Below, one piece after another: positions 22,430 through 32,805 of a stretch of DNA of 34,894 nt. This stretch comes from Octopus bimaculoides (lineage: Eukaryota), in NCBI RefSeq assembly GCF_001194135.2, contig NC_068989.1:75038188-75073081 (forward strand). The letters are read 5' to 3'. Numbering within the stretch: the stretch's first letter is position 1; every line of letters starts with the position of its first letter. The translations under genes were made by a program, and so were the position numbers. The notes under the pieces are model-generated. The model had not been told where the DNA came from and searched no databases. It saw only the letters and a program-made list of their open reading frames with translations.

Positions 22430-22586
22430 AGTATCAATGGCAATGAAAGAGAGCAAGGCGCCTGTGCTCTCTGGGCTTTGGCAGGTCATACACGTCCTCA
22501 ACAGAAGATAATTGCAGAAACCATTGGCATTTCCAATATAATTAAGATGTTACTTGAAAACAAATCAGAGAAATTACTTTTAGTTG
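22430..22586 (+). CDS. ANKAR: ANKAR exon (phase 0 to 1, 157 nt), armadillo
   Basis: gcttAG|AGT; donor G|GTAAGT at 22587. EREQGACALWALAGHTRPQQKIIAETIG matches human KEQGAVALWALAGQTLKQQKYMAEQIG. Confidence 0.94.
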
Positions 22587-22654
22587 GTAAGTTTAGAATT
22601 AGTTTATCTTTTAGCTGTTTCAGTGATTGTTCTGTGACCAATACTGGGGTACTA

Positions 22655-23305
22655 CCTTGTCAAACTGTCCAACCCATGCCAGCATCGAAAACAGACGTTA
22701 ATTGATGACGATATATATATATATATATATACATACATACATAAGCACAGGATTAACTGTGTGGTAAGTAGCCTGCTTACCAATCACATGATTCTGGGTT
22801 CAGTCACGCTGCGTGGCACGTTGAGCAAGTGTCTTCTACTATAGCTTCGAGCACAACCAAAGCCTTGTGAATGTGACAAGGCTGACCCTTTGAATTACAG
22901 GTACAACAGAAACAGGAAGAAAGAGTGAGAGAAAGTTGTGGTGAAAGAATACGGTAGGGTTTGCCACTACCCCCTGCCAGTCTTGTGGAGCTTAAGGTGA
23001 TTTCTCTCAATAAACACTCACAATGCCCGGCTTGGGAATTGAAACCATGGTCCTACGACTGCAATTCTACGACCGCAAGTCCGCTGCTCTAACCACTGGG
23101 CCATTGCACCTCCACACTCTTAATGATAATAATTCTTTCTATTATAGTCACAAGGCCCGAAATTTTGTGGGAGGGCACTAGTCAGTTACATTGACCCTGA
23201 CTCGTTCTTATCTCATCAACACCAAAAGGATAAAAGGCCACATTTGAACTCAGGACATAAAGACCAACAAAATGCCACTAAGCATTTTGTCCAGCTGAGT
23301 AACAA
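22655..23305. mobile_element. Repeat pile: LINE/SINE 3' tail (22655-22712), family A head + (22745-22866), family B head - (22867-23115), family C - (23122-23305)
   Basis: Each block matches copies elsewhere in the window (26788, 21778, 30718, 16986). Confidence 0.75.
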
Positions 23306-23340
23306 TATATATATATATATATACGTGTGTGTGTGTGTGT

Positions 23341-23500
23341 GATAGGCTTCTTTCAGTTTCTGTCTACCAAATCCACTCACAAAGCTTTGGTCGGCCCAAG
23401 GCTATAATAAAAGACACTTGCCCATGATGCCATGCAGGGGGACTGAACCCAGAACCATGTGGTTGGGAAGCAAGCTTCTTACTACACACCATGCCTACAC
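23341..23500 (-). mobile_element. Family A SINE head half
   Basis: GGCTTCTTTCAGTTTC...GACACTTGCCC...GACTGAACCCAGAACCATGTGGTTGG. Confidence 0.85.
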
Positions 23501-23586
23501 CTAAGTTGGTTTCCTTTATAATTTTCATGAAATTTCTTATATATCAACAACGAACTGAATTGAACTTTATTGAATTTTTCTTTGAG

Positions 23587-23748
23587 GTTGCCTCTCGGCC
23601 ATTGGACTGGTCAAAGAAGATCTTGTTAATCAAAGCAACATGGTTAAAGCAGATGTATTGCAACAGCTAGTTCGACTTCTCAACGGGAACCATCTTTCTC
23701 AACAAGTTACCACAATGGTAGTGAAAGTTCTGGGAGTGCTGTGTATCG
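23587..23748 (+). CDS. ANKAR: ANKAR exon (phase 1 to 1, 162 nt), armadillo
   Basis: GAG acceptor at 23584-23586 after a T-rich tract; donor G|GTAAGA at 23749. GCLSAIGLVKEDLVNQ...LVRLL...VVKVLGVLCIG. Confidence 0.85.
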
Positions 23749-23941
23749 GTAAGATGCTAGAAATTTATCTAAATATAAATTTCAGTTACATTCAATCACA
23801 AGAATTAATTCCTAAGCCGTATGTCCCCAATCCAGTTGTTGAAACCAATATCAGAAAAACATATTATTATGATAAACAATTATTTAATTGTATAACAATA
23901 TATTGATATAGTGCTTCTATATTTGTATCTAATAAATCTAG

Positions 23942-24171
23942 GTGTTGCTTACACCAATAATGAATTTGTACAGTCAAAAATCGCTGAAGAAGGTGCAATA
24001 CCTGTTTTGATTCAGCGACAAGATGATTCCTCATGTCCAGAGATGCAAGTAGAAATTCTCACAACATTGGCATGTATTGTTCTACAGAACCAAAATAACC
24101 AGACTTTGCTTTCAAATGAGATGAAATTCAATTGGAATACTCTCCGGAATTTGCTACAGTCTCCAAAACAG
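23942..24171 (+). CDS. ANKAR: ANKAR exon (phase 1 to 0, 230 nt), armadillo
   Basis: atctAG|gt GTT; donor CAG|GTGAAC at 24172. GVAYTNNEFVQ...EVEI-like QVEILTTLACIVLQN matches human GVAHTSNPVSQ...KVEVAFSLACIVLGN. Confidence 0.92.
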
Positions 24172-24514
24172 GTGAACAAAAGTTAATTTTTTAAGTATAA
24201 ACCCATGTAGTCGCTTAACTGAATTTATGCTTTTATAGTTTTGACTATATATATATATATATATATATACTAATTACTAGCCTGCTTGCCTTGGCTACGT
24301 CAAGATGGATTTTTATGTATTTTTCTTCCCACTTGGATTTCAAATGTTGCCACAATTATAATTTGTCTATTCTACTGTAATTTTCTACATTTCTGTGCAG
24401 CTGAAGATTGCTCTACATATTGCATTTAATGTAATGCTCGCATTACTTAAATAAATGGAGTAGCATGAAACGTGCGTACTGCAATCATCTTTAAAATCCA
24501 TGTTGCTTATTTTG

Positions 24515-24554
<40 letters not shown>

Positions 24555-25659
24555 NNNNNNNNNNNNNNNNNNNNNNNNNNNNNNNNNNNNNNNNNNNNNN
24601 NNNNNNNNNNNNNNNNNNNNNNNNNNNNNNNNNNNNNNNNNNNNNNNNNNNNNNNNNNNNNNNNNNNNNNNNNNNNNNNNNNNNNNNNNNNNNNNNNNNN
24701 NNNNNNNNNNNNNNNNNNNNNNNNNNNNNNNNNNNNNNNNNNNNNNNNNNNNNNNNNNNNNNNNNNNNNNNNNNNNNNNNNNNNNNNNNNNNNNNNNNNN
24801 NNNNNNNNNNNNNNNNNNNNNNNNNNNNNNNNNNNNNNNNNNNNNNNNNNNNNNNNNNNNNNNNNNNNNNNNNNNNNNNNNNNNNNNNNNNNNNNNNNNN
24901 NNNNNNNNNNNNNNNNNNNNNNTTTATTGAATAATACTTATAATAATCCCATTTATATCGTGGAGACTTCCCTCAAACAAGTTGTGGATTAAACCAATGA
25001 AATTTTGGATATATTAATCCCTAATGAGGATAATATATCTTCAAATTGACTATATAAATGGGATTATTATAAGTATTATTCAATAAAACTTGAGAAAATG
25101 GAGAGTTTTTTTTTTTTTCCTCTAGTTTCAGCTCAGAGCCGCGGCCATGCTGATGCACCGACGTTTTGCTACACTGTTATTAATGAGAGCCTCCTCCAAT
25201 ATGTGGTACTTGGTAAAGATGTAAATTAATTTATTAACATAGTTCCAAGGTAAAAACTGAATACAAATGAATTCAAAAATACCTACCTATGTTTCGATTC
25301 CAGCCCATACATAATTTCAATTGGATTAAATCCAATGATGAGAATTAATTATCATTTTGAAAAATATAGGGTAGAATCTTTTCAGGGTTTTTTGCTTTTT
25401 TAAAAATGAATATTACATGCTTATGAAATAAATTAAGTTAAGAGAGGGAAGAGAGAAAATATTTATCTTATATATGGAGTGTATATATACGCTAAGAATA
25501 TCATATAAATAAACAAAAAAAATAAAAGTATAAAAATAAGAATGAAGATAAATATAATTAGAAATAAGAATGAAAAAATATATAGAAATAATACAATAAC
25601 AAAGTATTAGCAAATAGAAATAAAGATGTATTATATATACATAAATATACATACATATA

Positions 25660-25694
<35 letters not shown>

Positions 25695-25911
25695 ATCTCT
25701 GAGCGAGGTATAAACATTAGCCACACAACATTGTGAAATATATTTGACACCTATTACTATGAAAAAGTACCAAGACAAATCTAAGACTTACAGAACTGCC
25801 AAGATAAATCTAGGAATCTAGGACTTACTACTTCAAATCTTAAGTTTTTCAACCCTGCTTTAATAAAAATAAAATTAAAAGACTATTTCTTTTATATATT
25901 TATTCTCATAG

Positions 25912-26070
25912 GACATACGTTTACGCAGTGGAATGGCATTGACAATATTTTCATTTAATAACTTATCCTACCAATATTCCATACGTCATACAGGAGTCAT
26001 TCATTACAGCATGTACGAAGAATTTTTGGAGTCACCTGATCCATATTTCAGATCATATGCAGCATTTCAG
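25912..26070 (+). CDS. ANKAR: ANKAR exon (phase 0 to 0, 159 nt); not in ORF track
   Basis: ctcatAG|GAC; donor CAG|GTAATT at 26071. DIRLRSGMALTIFSFNN...YEEFLES...AAFQ matches human DICLRAGYALTLFAFNN...FERFLES...AAFQ. Confidence 0.94.
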
Positions 26071-26436
26071 GTAATTTGAAGGACATAAAATATTTTCCTT
26101 TTTGTTTTGTTTTTTTTTCTATTATATTCCTGTATTTTCTATCTTCACAAATATTAATGGAAGGCGTCGCAATAACGAAGTTACTTTTCAGCATCGTTTA
26201 CAAATTTACCAGGGACTTAAGTCGTTTCTCTCCATAGACAGATTTGTTGTTTTTTTTTTGTAACTACACTAAAAATACAGTTCAGTTTAATTCAGTATTA
26301 CAAACCAGATAAGACTTATTGAGTAATGTCATTTTTCGTTGTACAAGATATGATATTGTGTGCATGTGTGTTTGTTCTAGTTATACATTGTAATACATTT
26401 GATGCTGTATCCTGCAAGAAATTTATTTCCGAATCA

Positions 26437-26787
26437 GATGGTTCCAGGTTCAGTCCTGTTGCATAGCACCTCGGGCAAGTGTCTTCTACTATAACTCTGG
26501 GCTGACAAAAGCCTTGTGAATGGATTTAGTCAATGAAAACTGAAAGAAACTCATCATATATATATATACACACACACATACATATACGTGTATGTGTATT
26601 TGTTTGGATGTTTGTATTTGTACCTTCACATCACTAGACAACTGGTGTTAGTTTGTTTACATTCCCATATTTAAACAGTTCAGCAAAAAATCATTCCCAG
26701 TACAGTAAGTACTGGGAACGATTTGTTCAACTAAACACATGAATGTGGTGCCCCAAGCATGGGTGCAGTCCAATAGCTGACACAAGT
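26437..26787 (+). mobile_element. Diverged family A SINE
   Basis: GGTTCAGTCC...CCTCGGGCAAGTGTCTTCTACTATA...GAAAACTGAAAGAA, microsatellite, then a decayed 3' half. Confidence 0.8.
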
Positions 26788-27000
26788 CATCATCATCATC
26801 ATCATCATAATTTAATGTCTGCTTTCCATGCTGACATGGGTTAGACAGCTTAACTGGAACTGGTAAGCCAGAGAGCTGCACCAGGTTCCAGTCTGAATTT
26901 AGTTTTGTTTCTACAGCTGGATGCCCTCCCTAACGCCAACCACTCCAAGAGTGTAATCAGTGCCTTTTACATGTCACTGGCACAGAAGCTGTTATGTGTC
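26788..27000 (-). mobile_element. 3' end of a retroposon with (ATG)n tail (RTE-like, tentative)
   Basis: (CAT)7 followed by TTTAATGTCTGCTTTCCATGCTGACATGGGTT...GGATGCCCTCCCTAACGCCAACC. Complementary to the fragment at 22655-22712. Confidence 0.6.
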
Positions 27001-27126
27001 ACTAGTACCAGTCACAACTACGATTTCACTTGGCTTGACAAATCTTCTTTTTTGGGCTTGCTCACCATCATCAGGCTCATGACATCAACCCCAGGACTTA
27101 ACAAACATGTTATTTTATTGACCCCC

Positions 27127-27347
27127 AAGGCAGTGAGTTGGCAGAAATGTTAGCACGCTGGACGAAATGCTTAGCAGTATTTTGTCTGTCTTTACGTTCT
27201 GAGTTCAAATTCTGCCTAGGTCAACTTCGCCTTTCATTCTTTCGGGGTTGATAAATTAAGTACCAGTTGCATACTGGGGTCGATCTAATCGACTGGACCC
27301 CCTCCCCAGAAATTTCAGGCATTGTGCCTAGAGTAGAAAAGATTATT
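27127..27347 (+). mobile_element. Family C SINE, full length
   Basis: AAGGCAGTGAGTTGGCAGAAATGTTAGC...GAGTTCAAATT...TTGTGCCTAGAGTAGAAAAGATTATT. Confidence 0.88.
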
Positions 27348-27388
27348 TTATCGACCGCAAAAGGAGTCGATAATATAATGAGTCTTTC

Positions 27389-27506
27389 AAAGAATGAAAG
27401 GTAAAGTCAACCTCAGCAGAATTTGAACTCAGAATGTAAAGACCCCCAAAAAATGCTGCTGGGCACTTTGTCTCATGCACTCACGATTCTGACAGCTTAC
27501 CACCTT
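27389..27506 (-). mobile_element. Family C SINE head half
   Basis: GAATTTGAACTCAGAATGTAAAGAC...ACGATTCTGACAGCTTACCACCTT. Confidence 0.75.
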
Positions 27507-27853
27507 GCTCCATCCTAAAGTAATGAATGATTGAAATGTGAATTTTAAAGTTTCTGTACGTTCATTTTTGACAGAGACTTGAACTTATTCTCTATCTCTC
27601 TCTCCCACATTCTCTGTCTTCCTTTTCCTCTCTCTCAACCCAGATTAACATGGGTGGTGTTTTAGATTAAGCACCCACACACATACCTCATGGAAAAGAA
27701 AAAGGTTAAGGGCATCAGGGAGAGGTGGAGGGAATGTTATAAAACTGCTGTTTTGTAAAAATAGATAAACAGTAATCCCTCGACTGTCACGGGTGTTACG
27801 TCCCATAAACCCCCACAATAGTTGAAAATCCACAAAGTAGAAACAGTACTGTA

Positions 27854-28045
27854 CTCTTTACTCTTTTACTTGTTTCAGTCATCTGACTGCAGCCATGCTG
27901 GAGCACTGCCTTTATAGTCGAGCAAATCGACCCCAGTACTTATTCTATCGGTCTCTTTTGCCGAACCGCTAAGCTACGGGGACACAAACACACCAGCATC
28001 AGTTGTCAAGCGATGCTGGGGGGACAAACAGACACACAAACATAT

Positions 28046-28108
<63 letters not shown>

Positions 28109-28275
28109 TACGACGGGCTTCTTCCAGTTCCCATCCACCAAATCCACTCACAAGGCTTTGGTCGGCCCGAGGCTATAGTAAAAGACACTTGCCCAAGGTG
28201 CCACACAATGGGACTGAACCCGGGACCATGTGGTTGGTAAGCAAGCTACTTACCACACAGCCCACTCCTGCACCT
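27854..28275 (-). mobile_element. Family A SINE, full length, possible 8-bp TSD
   Basis: Complete from tail to CCTGCACCT. GTACTGTA lies at 27846-27853 and 28276-28283. Confidence 0.9.
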
Positions 28276-28559
28276 GTACTGTATATCTTTTTTTTATTAT
28301 TTTTATAATTTGTATATATTTATTTTATTATAAATGCAAAACAATACCAAAGAGGAATCGATGTAAGCTTAAATAGTAAACAGCAATATGGCGATGGATT
28401 ACTGCTTATATTTACATACATATGTGTATATGTGCACATACATGTGTGCATGTGGATATATCTGTAGGAATGAATGTCTGTAGGTGGTGGGTGTGTATGT
28501 ATACAGTTCAGCATATATGTACACATGTATGTATATTGTCTAAATTTCTTATCCTCTAG

Positions 28560-28987
28560 ATTGTTGTCCTTGCACGCGTAGTTATGGATCGCAGTTCTGT
28601 ATTCCTAACGGCAACTGGTGTATCTATCCTAGTTGAGACACTAAAATCTGAAGACGATGATGTTGTCATCTTAGCAGCTAGCCTTCTCTCAAGTTTATCA
28701 CACACACGAGCAGGGATTACAGATGCCATGGTAACTGTTGGTGCCCTTGAATTCCTTATCAAAAAACTGAACACCACTTCAAACCCTCAACTGAGCAGTG
28801 CAGTGGCAGTAACTCTTGGATATCTCACTTTCAATCCAACTGCATCCAGAAATCTGTTTACTGCTTGTAGAAATATGCCAGGCTTGTATAAAACATTGAT
28901 CAAAAACTTGAAAGGAGATGCCAAGATTAACTCCAAGTTCATAGATGACTTCAAAATGGCTCGTGATATTGGACTGCCCTCACAATG
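28560..28987 (+). CDS. ANKAR: ANKAR exon (phase 0 to 2, 428 nt), C-terminal armadillo region
   Basis: ctctAG|ATT; donor TG|GTTTGT at 28988, required by the frame of the next exon. IVVLARVV...SLSHTRAGI...LGYLTFN..A.R.L...CRN.P...GLPSQ. Confidence 0.9.
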
Positions 28988-29434
28988 GTTTGTATGACTG
29001 CTTTTGAATGTATACTCTTTATTTCAATCATTGGGTTGTGGCCATGCTGGAGCACTGCTTTCTACATATATTTAGTTTGCTACTTTATTCTATAAAATGC
29101 TGTCATGAACTTCATTAGCTTACAACTGTTTCAGCTGCAACATGTAATACACTCAGATTTGAGTGCTTATGTATCACCTTGTAGCTTCAAAATTGCAATG
29201 CACTTCATTTTTGAAGATCTGATGGAGCTGTAGGGTGATACAGAAACACTTCATTTTTGAAGCCCCAATGCTATAGGATGATACATAAGCACTCAACTAT
29301 GAGTGCATTGCATCTTATAAGCAGAAACACCTGTAAGCTAATGAAGTTCATAAGGTAATTTTTTATTCCCTTGTCATTTACATAATTTTTTATTACTACG
29401 CTGTACTTGACTGATGCTTTGCTCTGAAGCATAT

Positions 29435-29849
29435 ACTCTTTACTCTCTCTTTTACTTGTTTCAGTCATTTGACTGCGGCCATGCTAGAGCACCGCCTTCA
29501 GTCGAGCAAATCGACCCCAGGACTTATTCTTTGTAAGCCTAGTACTTATTCTATCGGTCTCTTTTGCCAAACCGCTAAGTTACGGGGACGTAAACACACC
29601 AGCATCGATTGTCAAGCGATGTTGGGGAGACAAGCACACACATGTGTATATATATATATTTATATATATATATATACATATATACGACAGGCTTCTTTCA
29701 GTTTCCATCTACCAAATCCACTCACAAGGCTTTGGTCGGCCCGAGGCTATAGTAGAAGACACTTTGCCCAAGGTGCCATGCAGTGGGACTGAACTCGGAA
29801 CCATGTGGTTGGTAAGTGAGCTACTTACCACACAGCCACTCCTGCACCT
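29435..29849 (-). mobile_element. Family A SINE, full length
   Basis: Colinear with and highly similar to the 27854 copy. Confidence 0.9.
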
Positions 29850-30547
29850 ATGTATATTGAGTTCTAACAGCAGGCTATTTGTATTGCTATGCCTAAATGA
29901 AATGATAATATATATATATATAATGAGAAATACTTCAACGATGGAGATTTTTACATTTTTATTAATGCATTGCTACATGTGTTTCAACATGATGTATTTT
30001 TATGGGATCATTTCACCATATCCACAAGATATTATTTATAATCTCCATGGACTCTATGGGAAGCCAGCAACAAGTAGCATAGGAGCTCTATCAGAGCACA
30101 GGCAGACATCTACCATATACAAAATACAAAGATGTGTATATACGTGTGTGTAAGAAACTAGGAAGAGGACACAGAAATTTCTGATTTGGTACCCAGGTGC
30201 ACATTTAGTCTACCAGGGTGGGTTCAACTCTTAGCTGTGGCAAAGACAATTAACCCGGGGGATGAAGAACTCTAATAGAAAAACCTGAGGTATGTTGTTC
30301 ATCGGGTTTGTGGAAAACATTTGCACCCACTTCCAACTACCAGCATTTCCAAAAAATGTGAATGGTTCTTCACAAGCCTTCCTCACTGAAGACCAATCAT
30401 CTGTAAAGGATTGTAATAAGAGAACTGAAGGGGCAGAAGAATTGAATACCCTCCCAATGTATTCTGTGGAACTCGTGAGTTCAAATCCTCCCAACAATAT
30501 AGAATTTGTTACGTTTGTTTGCTTGTTTATTTATTTTTGTCTTGCAG

Positions 30548-30600
30548 TCTGGAAATAAATGGTGGCTTCCCAGTGCAGAAACCTAACCAATGTATGAAAG
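30548..30600 (+). CDS. ANKAR: ANKAR exon (phase 2 to 1, 53 nt)
   Basis: cttgcAG|t CTG; donor G|GTGAGT at 30601. (C)LEINGGFPVQKPNQCMK matches human SLEKNGGP. Confidence 0.85.
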
Positions 30601-30717
30601 GTGAGTGAACAGCAGCTTTCATAGTTTCAAAACTTTAAGAAAGTTGCACACACACAGTTAGATATACACACATGTACATGCTGTGGATAAATGTGTGTGC
30701 ATATATATATATGTGGT

Positions 30718-31092
30718 GGAGGCACAATGGCCCATTGGTTAGGGCAGCATACCCGCGGTCATAGGATCGCGGTTTTGATTCCCAGACCGGGCGTTGTGAG
30801 TGTTTATTGAGCGAAAACACCTAAAGCTCCACGAGGCTCCGGCAGGGGATTGTGGCAAACCCTTGCTGTACTCACAACTTTCTCTCACTCTTACTTCCTG
30901 TTTCTGTTGTGCTTGTAATTCAAAGGGTCAGCCTTGTCACAATGTGTCACGCTGAATATCCCCGAGAACTACGTTAAGGGTACACGTGTCTGTGGAGTGC
31001 TCAGCCACTAGCACATTAACTTCACAAGCAGGCTGTTCCGTTGATCGGATCAACTGGAACCCTCGACGTCGTAAGCGACGGAGTTATAACAA
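30718..31092 (+). mobile_element. Family B SINE, full length, inserted in a TA run
   Basis: Highly similar to 5087-5439, with a slightly longer head (…GCGGTCATAGGATCGCGGTT…). Confidence 0.9.
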
Positions 31093-31620
31093 TATATATA
31101 CATATGCATATATGTGCAACTACATGTATGTTTGCATAGACACACACAAACGAGGAGCTTCAACACAGACTGTCTACCATATTCACTAACAAGGTATTGG
31201 TCAGTTCAGGATTATATATAGTAGCAAACACTTGCCCAAGGTGCCATATAGTGGAACCAAACCCTAAACTATGTTTGTGAAGCAACCTTCATAACCAGAA
31301 AACCTTGCCTCTGCCCACTTTTTCATTACCATTTTCATCTTGGAGTGTCAGGTTCACATAGTGTGCATAATGACATTGCTAGTTTGGTTTGAGTTGAGAC
31401 AATCACTAGTGCTGCACTTCAGTTTATCATCACTGACCTGAAGGGAGAAAATACATGCTGCCTAAAAAGCAATGGACTCCATAGTGTTAGTATGTCTATG
31501 TATGTGTGCATGAATGAGATTGACTCTTAATGTCTGATACTCAAGTGCATCCATGTTTTAGCAGTTGTAGTTTTGTTGTTATCATCGTTAGTCTCTATGC
31601 TCCTATTTCTTATTTTTCAG

Positions 31621-31817
31621 TAAGCCATTGGTGCATGAATCCGTCACTGGTGAGAGATCATTCAGCTGGTAGTAAATATGAAAAAGGTACTAAAACACAT
31701 CTACTGCGAACCAAATCCGCCTTTCCCCTCAGACAGAAGTCTCCTCAGAGGAGAAAACCCTTACTGGAAAAGTCCAAAACGATGATTGAAGTTAGAACTA
31801 CACCAAAGTCACCATGA
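31621..31817 (+). CDS. ANKAR: Probable terminal coding exon of ANKAR, basic low-complexity tail ending in TGA
   Basis: Strong acceptor tcttatttttcAG at 31620, phase 1 compatible, open to TGA 31815-31817. No recognisable homology, so supported by splice signal and frame only. Confidence 0.65.
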
Positions 31818-32165
31818 TTCATTCAACATCCATAGAAATATCAAAGATAGATGCTCTACTGAACTGAAATACATATTATACATTCAACTAAGTACACAAG
31901 CACCTCATAGGTCAATATATACCTTTCATACATTAACATCTGTGTGGACACTTTAATCCCAGACTGTTCTCCCAACCAATACAGTGCTGTGGGTGCCACT
32001 GGATGACAGATTCTGATGTTATTCCACGCTTTCCAATCCATGATGCTGGCCTGAGCATGTACAAAGTGAACACTATTTGGTGCTTCAAAATTGTTTTATG
32101 CTTCATGCACAAGACATATCTATTAAATTTCTAAATGTATCAAATGACATGTTTTTGTTTTTAGA

Positions 32166-32171
32166 AATAAA
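32166..32171 (+). terminator. Candidate polyadenylation signal AATAAA of ANKAR
   Basis: First AATAAA I found after the stop (about 350 nt downstream), followed by U-rich sequence (tttatttactttc). An ATTAAA variant lies at 32122. Confidence 0.4.
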
Positions 32172-32637
32172 GCTTTCAAAAATTACTGCATTTATTTACT
32201 TTCAACATTGCTGTTAACAAGAGATACCAACCATTAGCAGTACTCACACAAACACTCCACCTCATTATTATTATATATAATTCTAAATGATAGTGTAGCT
32301 TCCAAATGTTCATTTTGGTTCATCAGATACAATAGCAAATTTGTAAACCGAAAAAGTTTTAGTTTACAGAATTGACTAGTATATTAGGTATTTTTAAGTT
32401 TACCATAAACCCACAAAAAGACAAATGGTCAAGATAATCTCAGACACTGGCATTTGAATTCAAAGGAATGTATGGTAGCACAGACTACTTGTGGAATGTT
32501 GGCCTGCTCTCCTAGCCAACTGGATGGTGTCAAAGGCTAAAACAATGCAAAGCACATTGTGACCAGCGATAATATCTGATGGTCTGGTCAATACTGTGAT
32601 ATACATATATATGAATACATGTATTTATTCTTTTTAC

Positions 32638-32805
32638 GGCATGCTTCTTTCAGATTTTGTCTACCAAATCCACTGAAGGCTCTGGTTGACCTTAGGCTAT
32701 AGAAGACACTTGCCGAAGGTGCTATACAGTGGCACCTTGGGAAGTGAACCCAGAATGGTGTAGTTGGGAAGGAACCTTCTTACCACACAGACACTCCCTG
32801 CACCT
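32638..32805 (-). mobile_element. Diverged family A SINE head half
   Basis: GCTTCTTTCAG...GAAGACACTTGCC...CTTACCACACAG..CCTGCACC. Confidence 0.75.

Larger units (their letters stand above)
133..31817 (+). other. ANKAR: ANKAR orthologue gene span (5' exons outside window; 17 visible coding exons)
   Basis: Spliced translation gives N-terminal domain, ankyrin repeats, armadillo repeats and a basic tail, colinear with human ANKAR as recalled (YFHLHGG, GPSALHLA, TPLLLAATSG, EQGACALWALAG, AAFQ|IVVLA, LEINGG). Intron phases agree at 15 of 16 junctions. Confidence 0.93.

Noticed and set aside
2127-24934. Long ORF-track entries dominated by X (2127-3002, 3768-4234, 7516-8172, 10476-10817, 13978-14611, 24472-24934)
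   Set aside because: They are open only because N gaps contain no stops. Gaps: 2325-2848, 3857-4121, 7549-7997, 10521-10794, 14059-14458, 24555-24922.
25413-25778. 121-aa hydrophobic minus-strand ORF
   Set aside because: AT-rich low-complexity sequence (I/Y/F/L bias) and an (AAT)n tract.
21775-29792. Recurring IYIYIY...RWASFSFHLPNPLTRLW ORFs (21775, 28003, 29469 and others)
   Set aside because: Translations of family A SINE copies, not a protein family.
30231-30558. Overlapping 88-aa ORFs on both strands
   Set aside because: Intronic, no recognisable domain, no compatible splice sites needed by the gene model.
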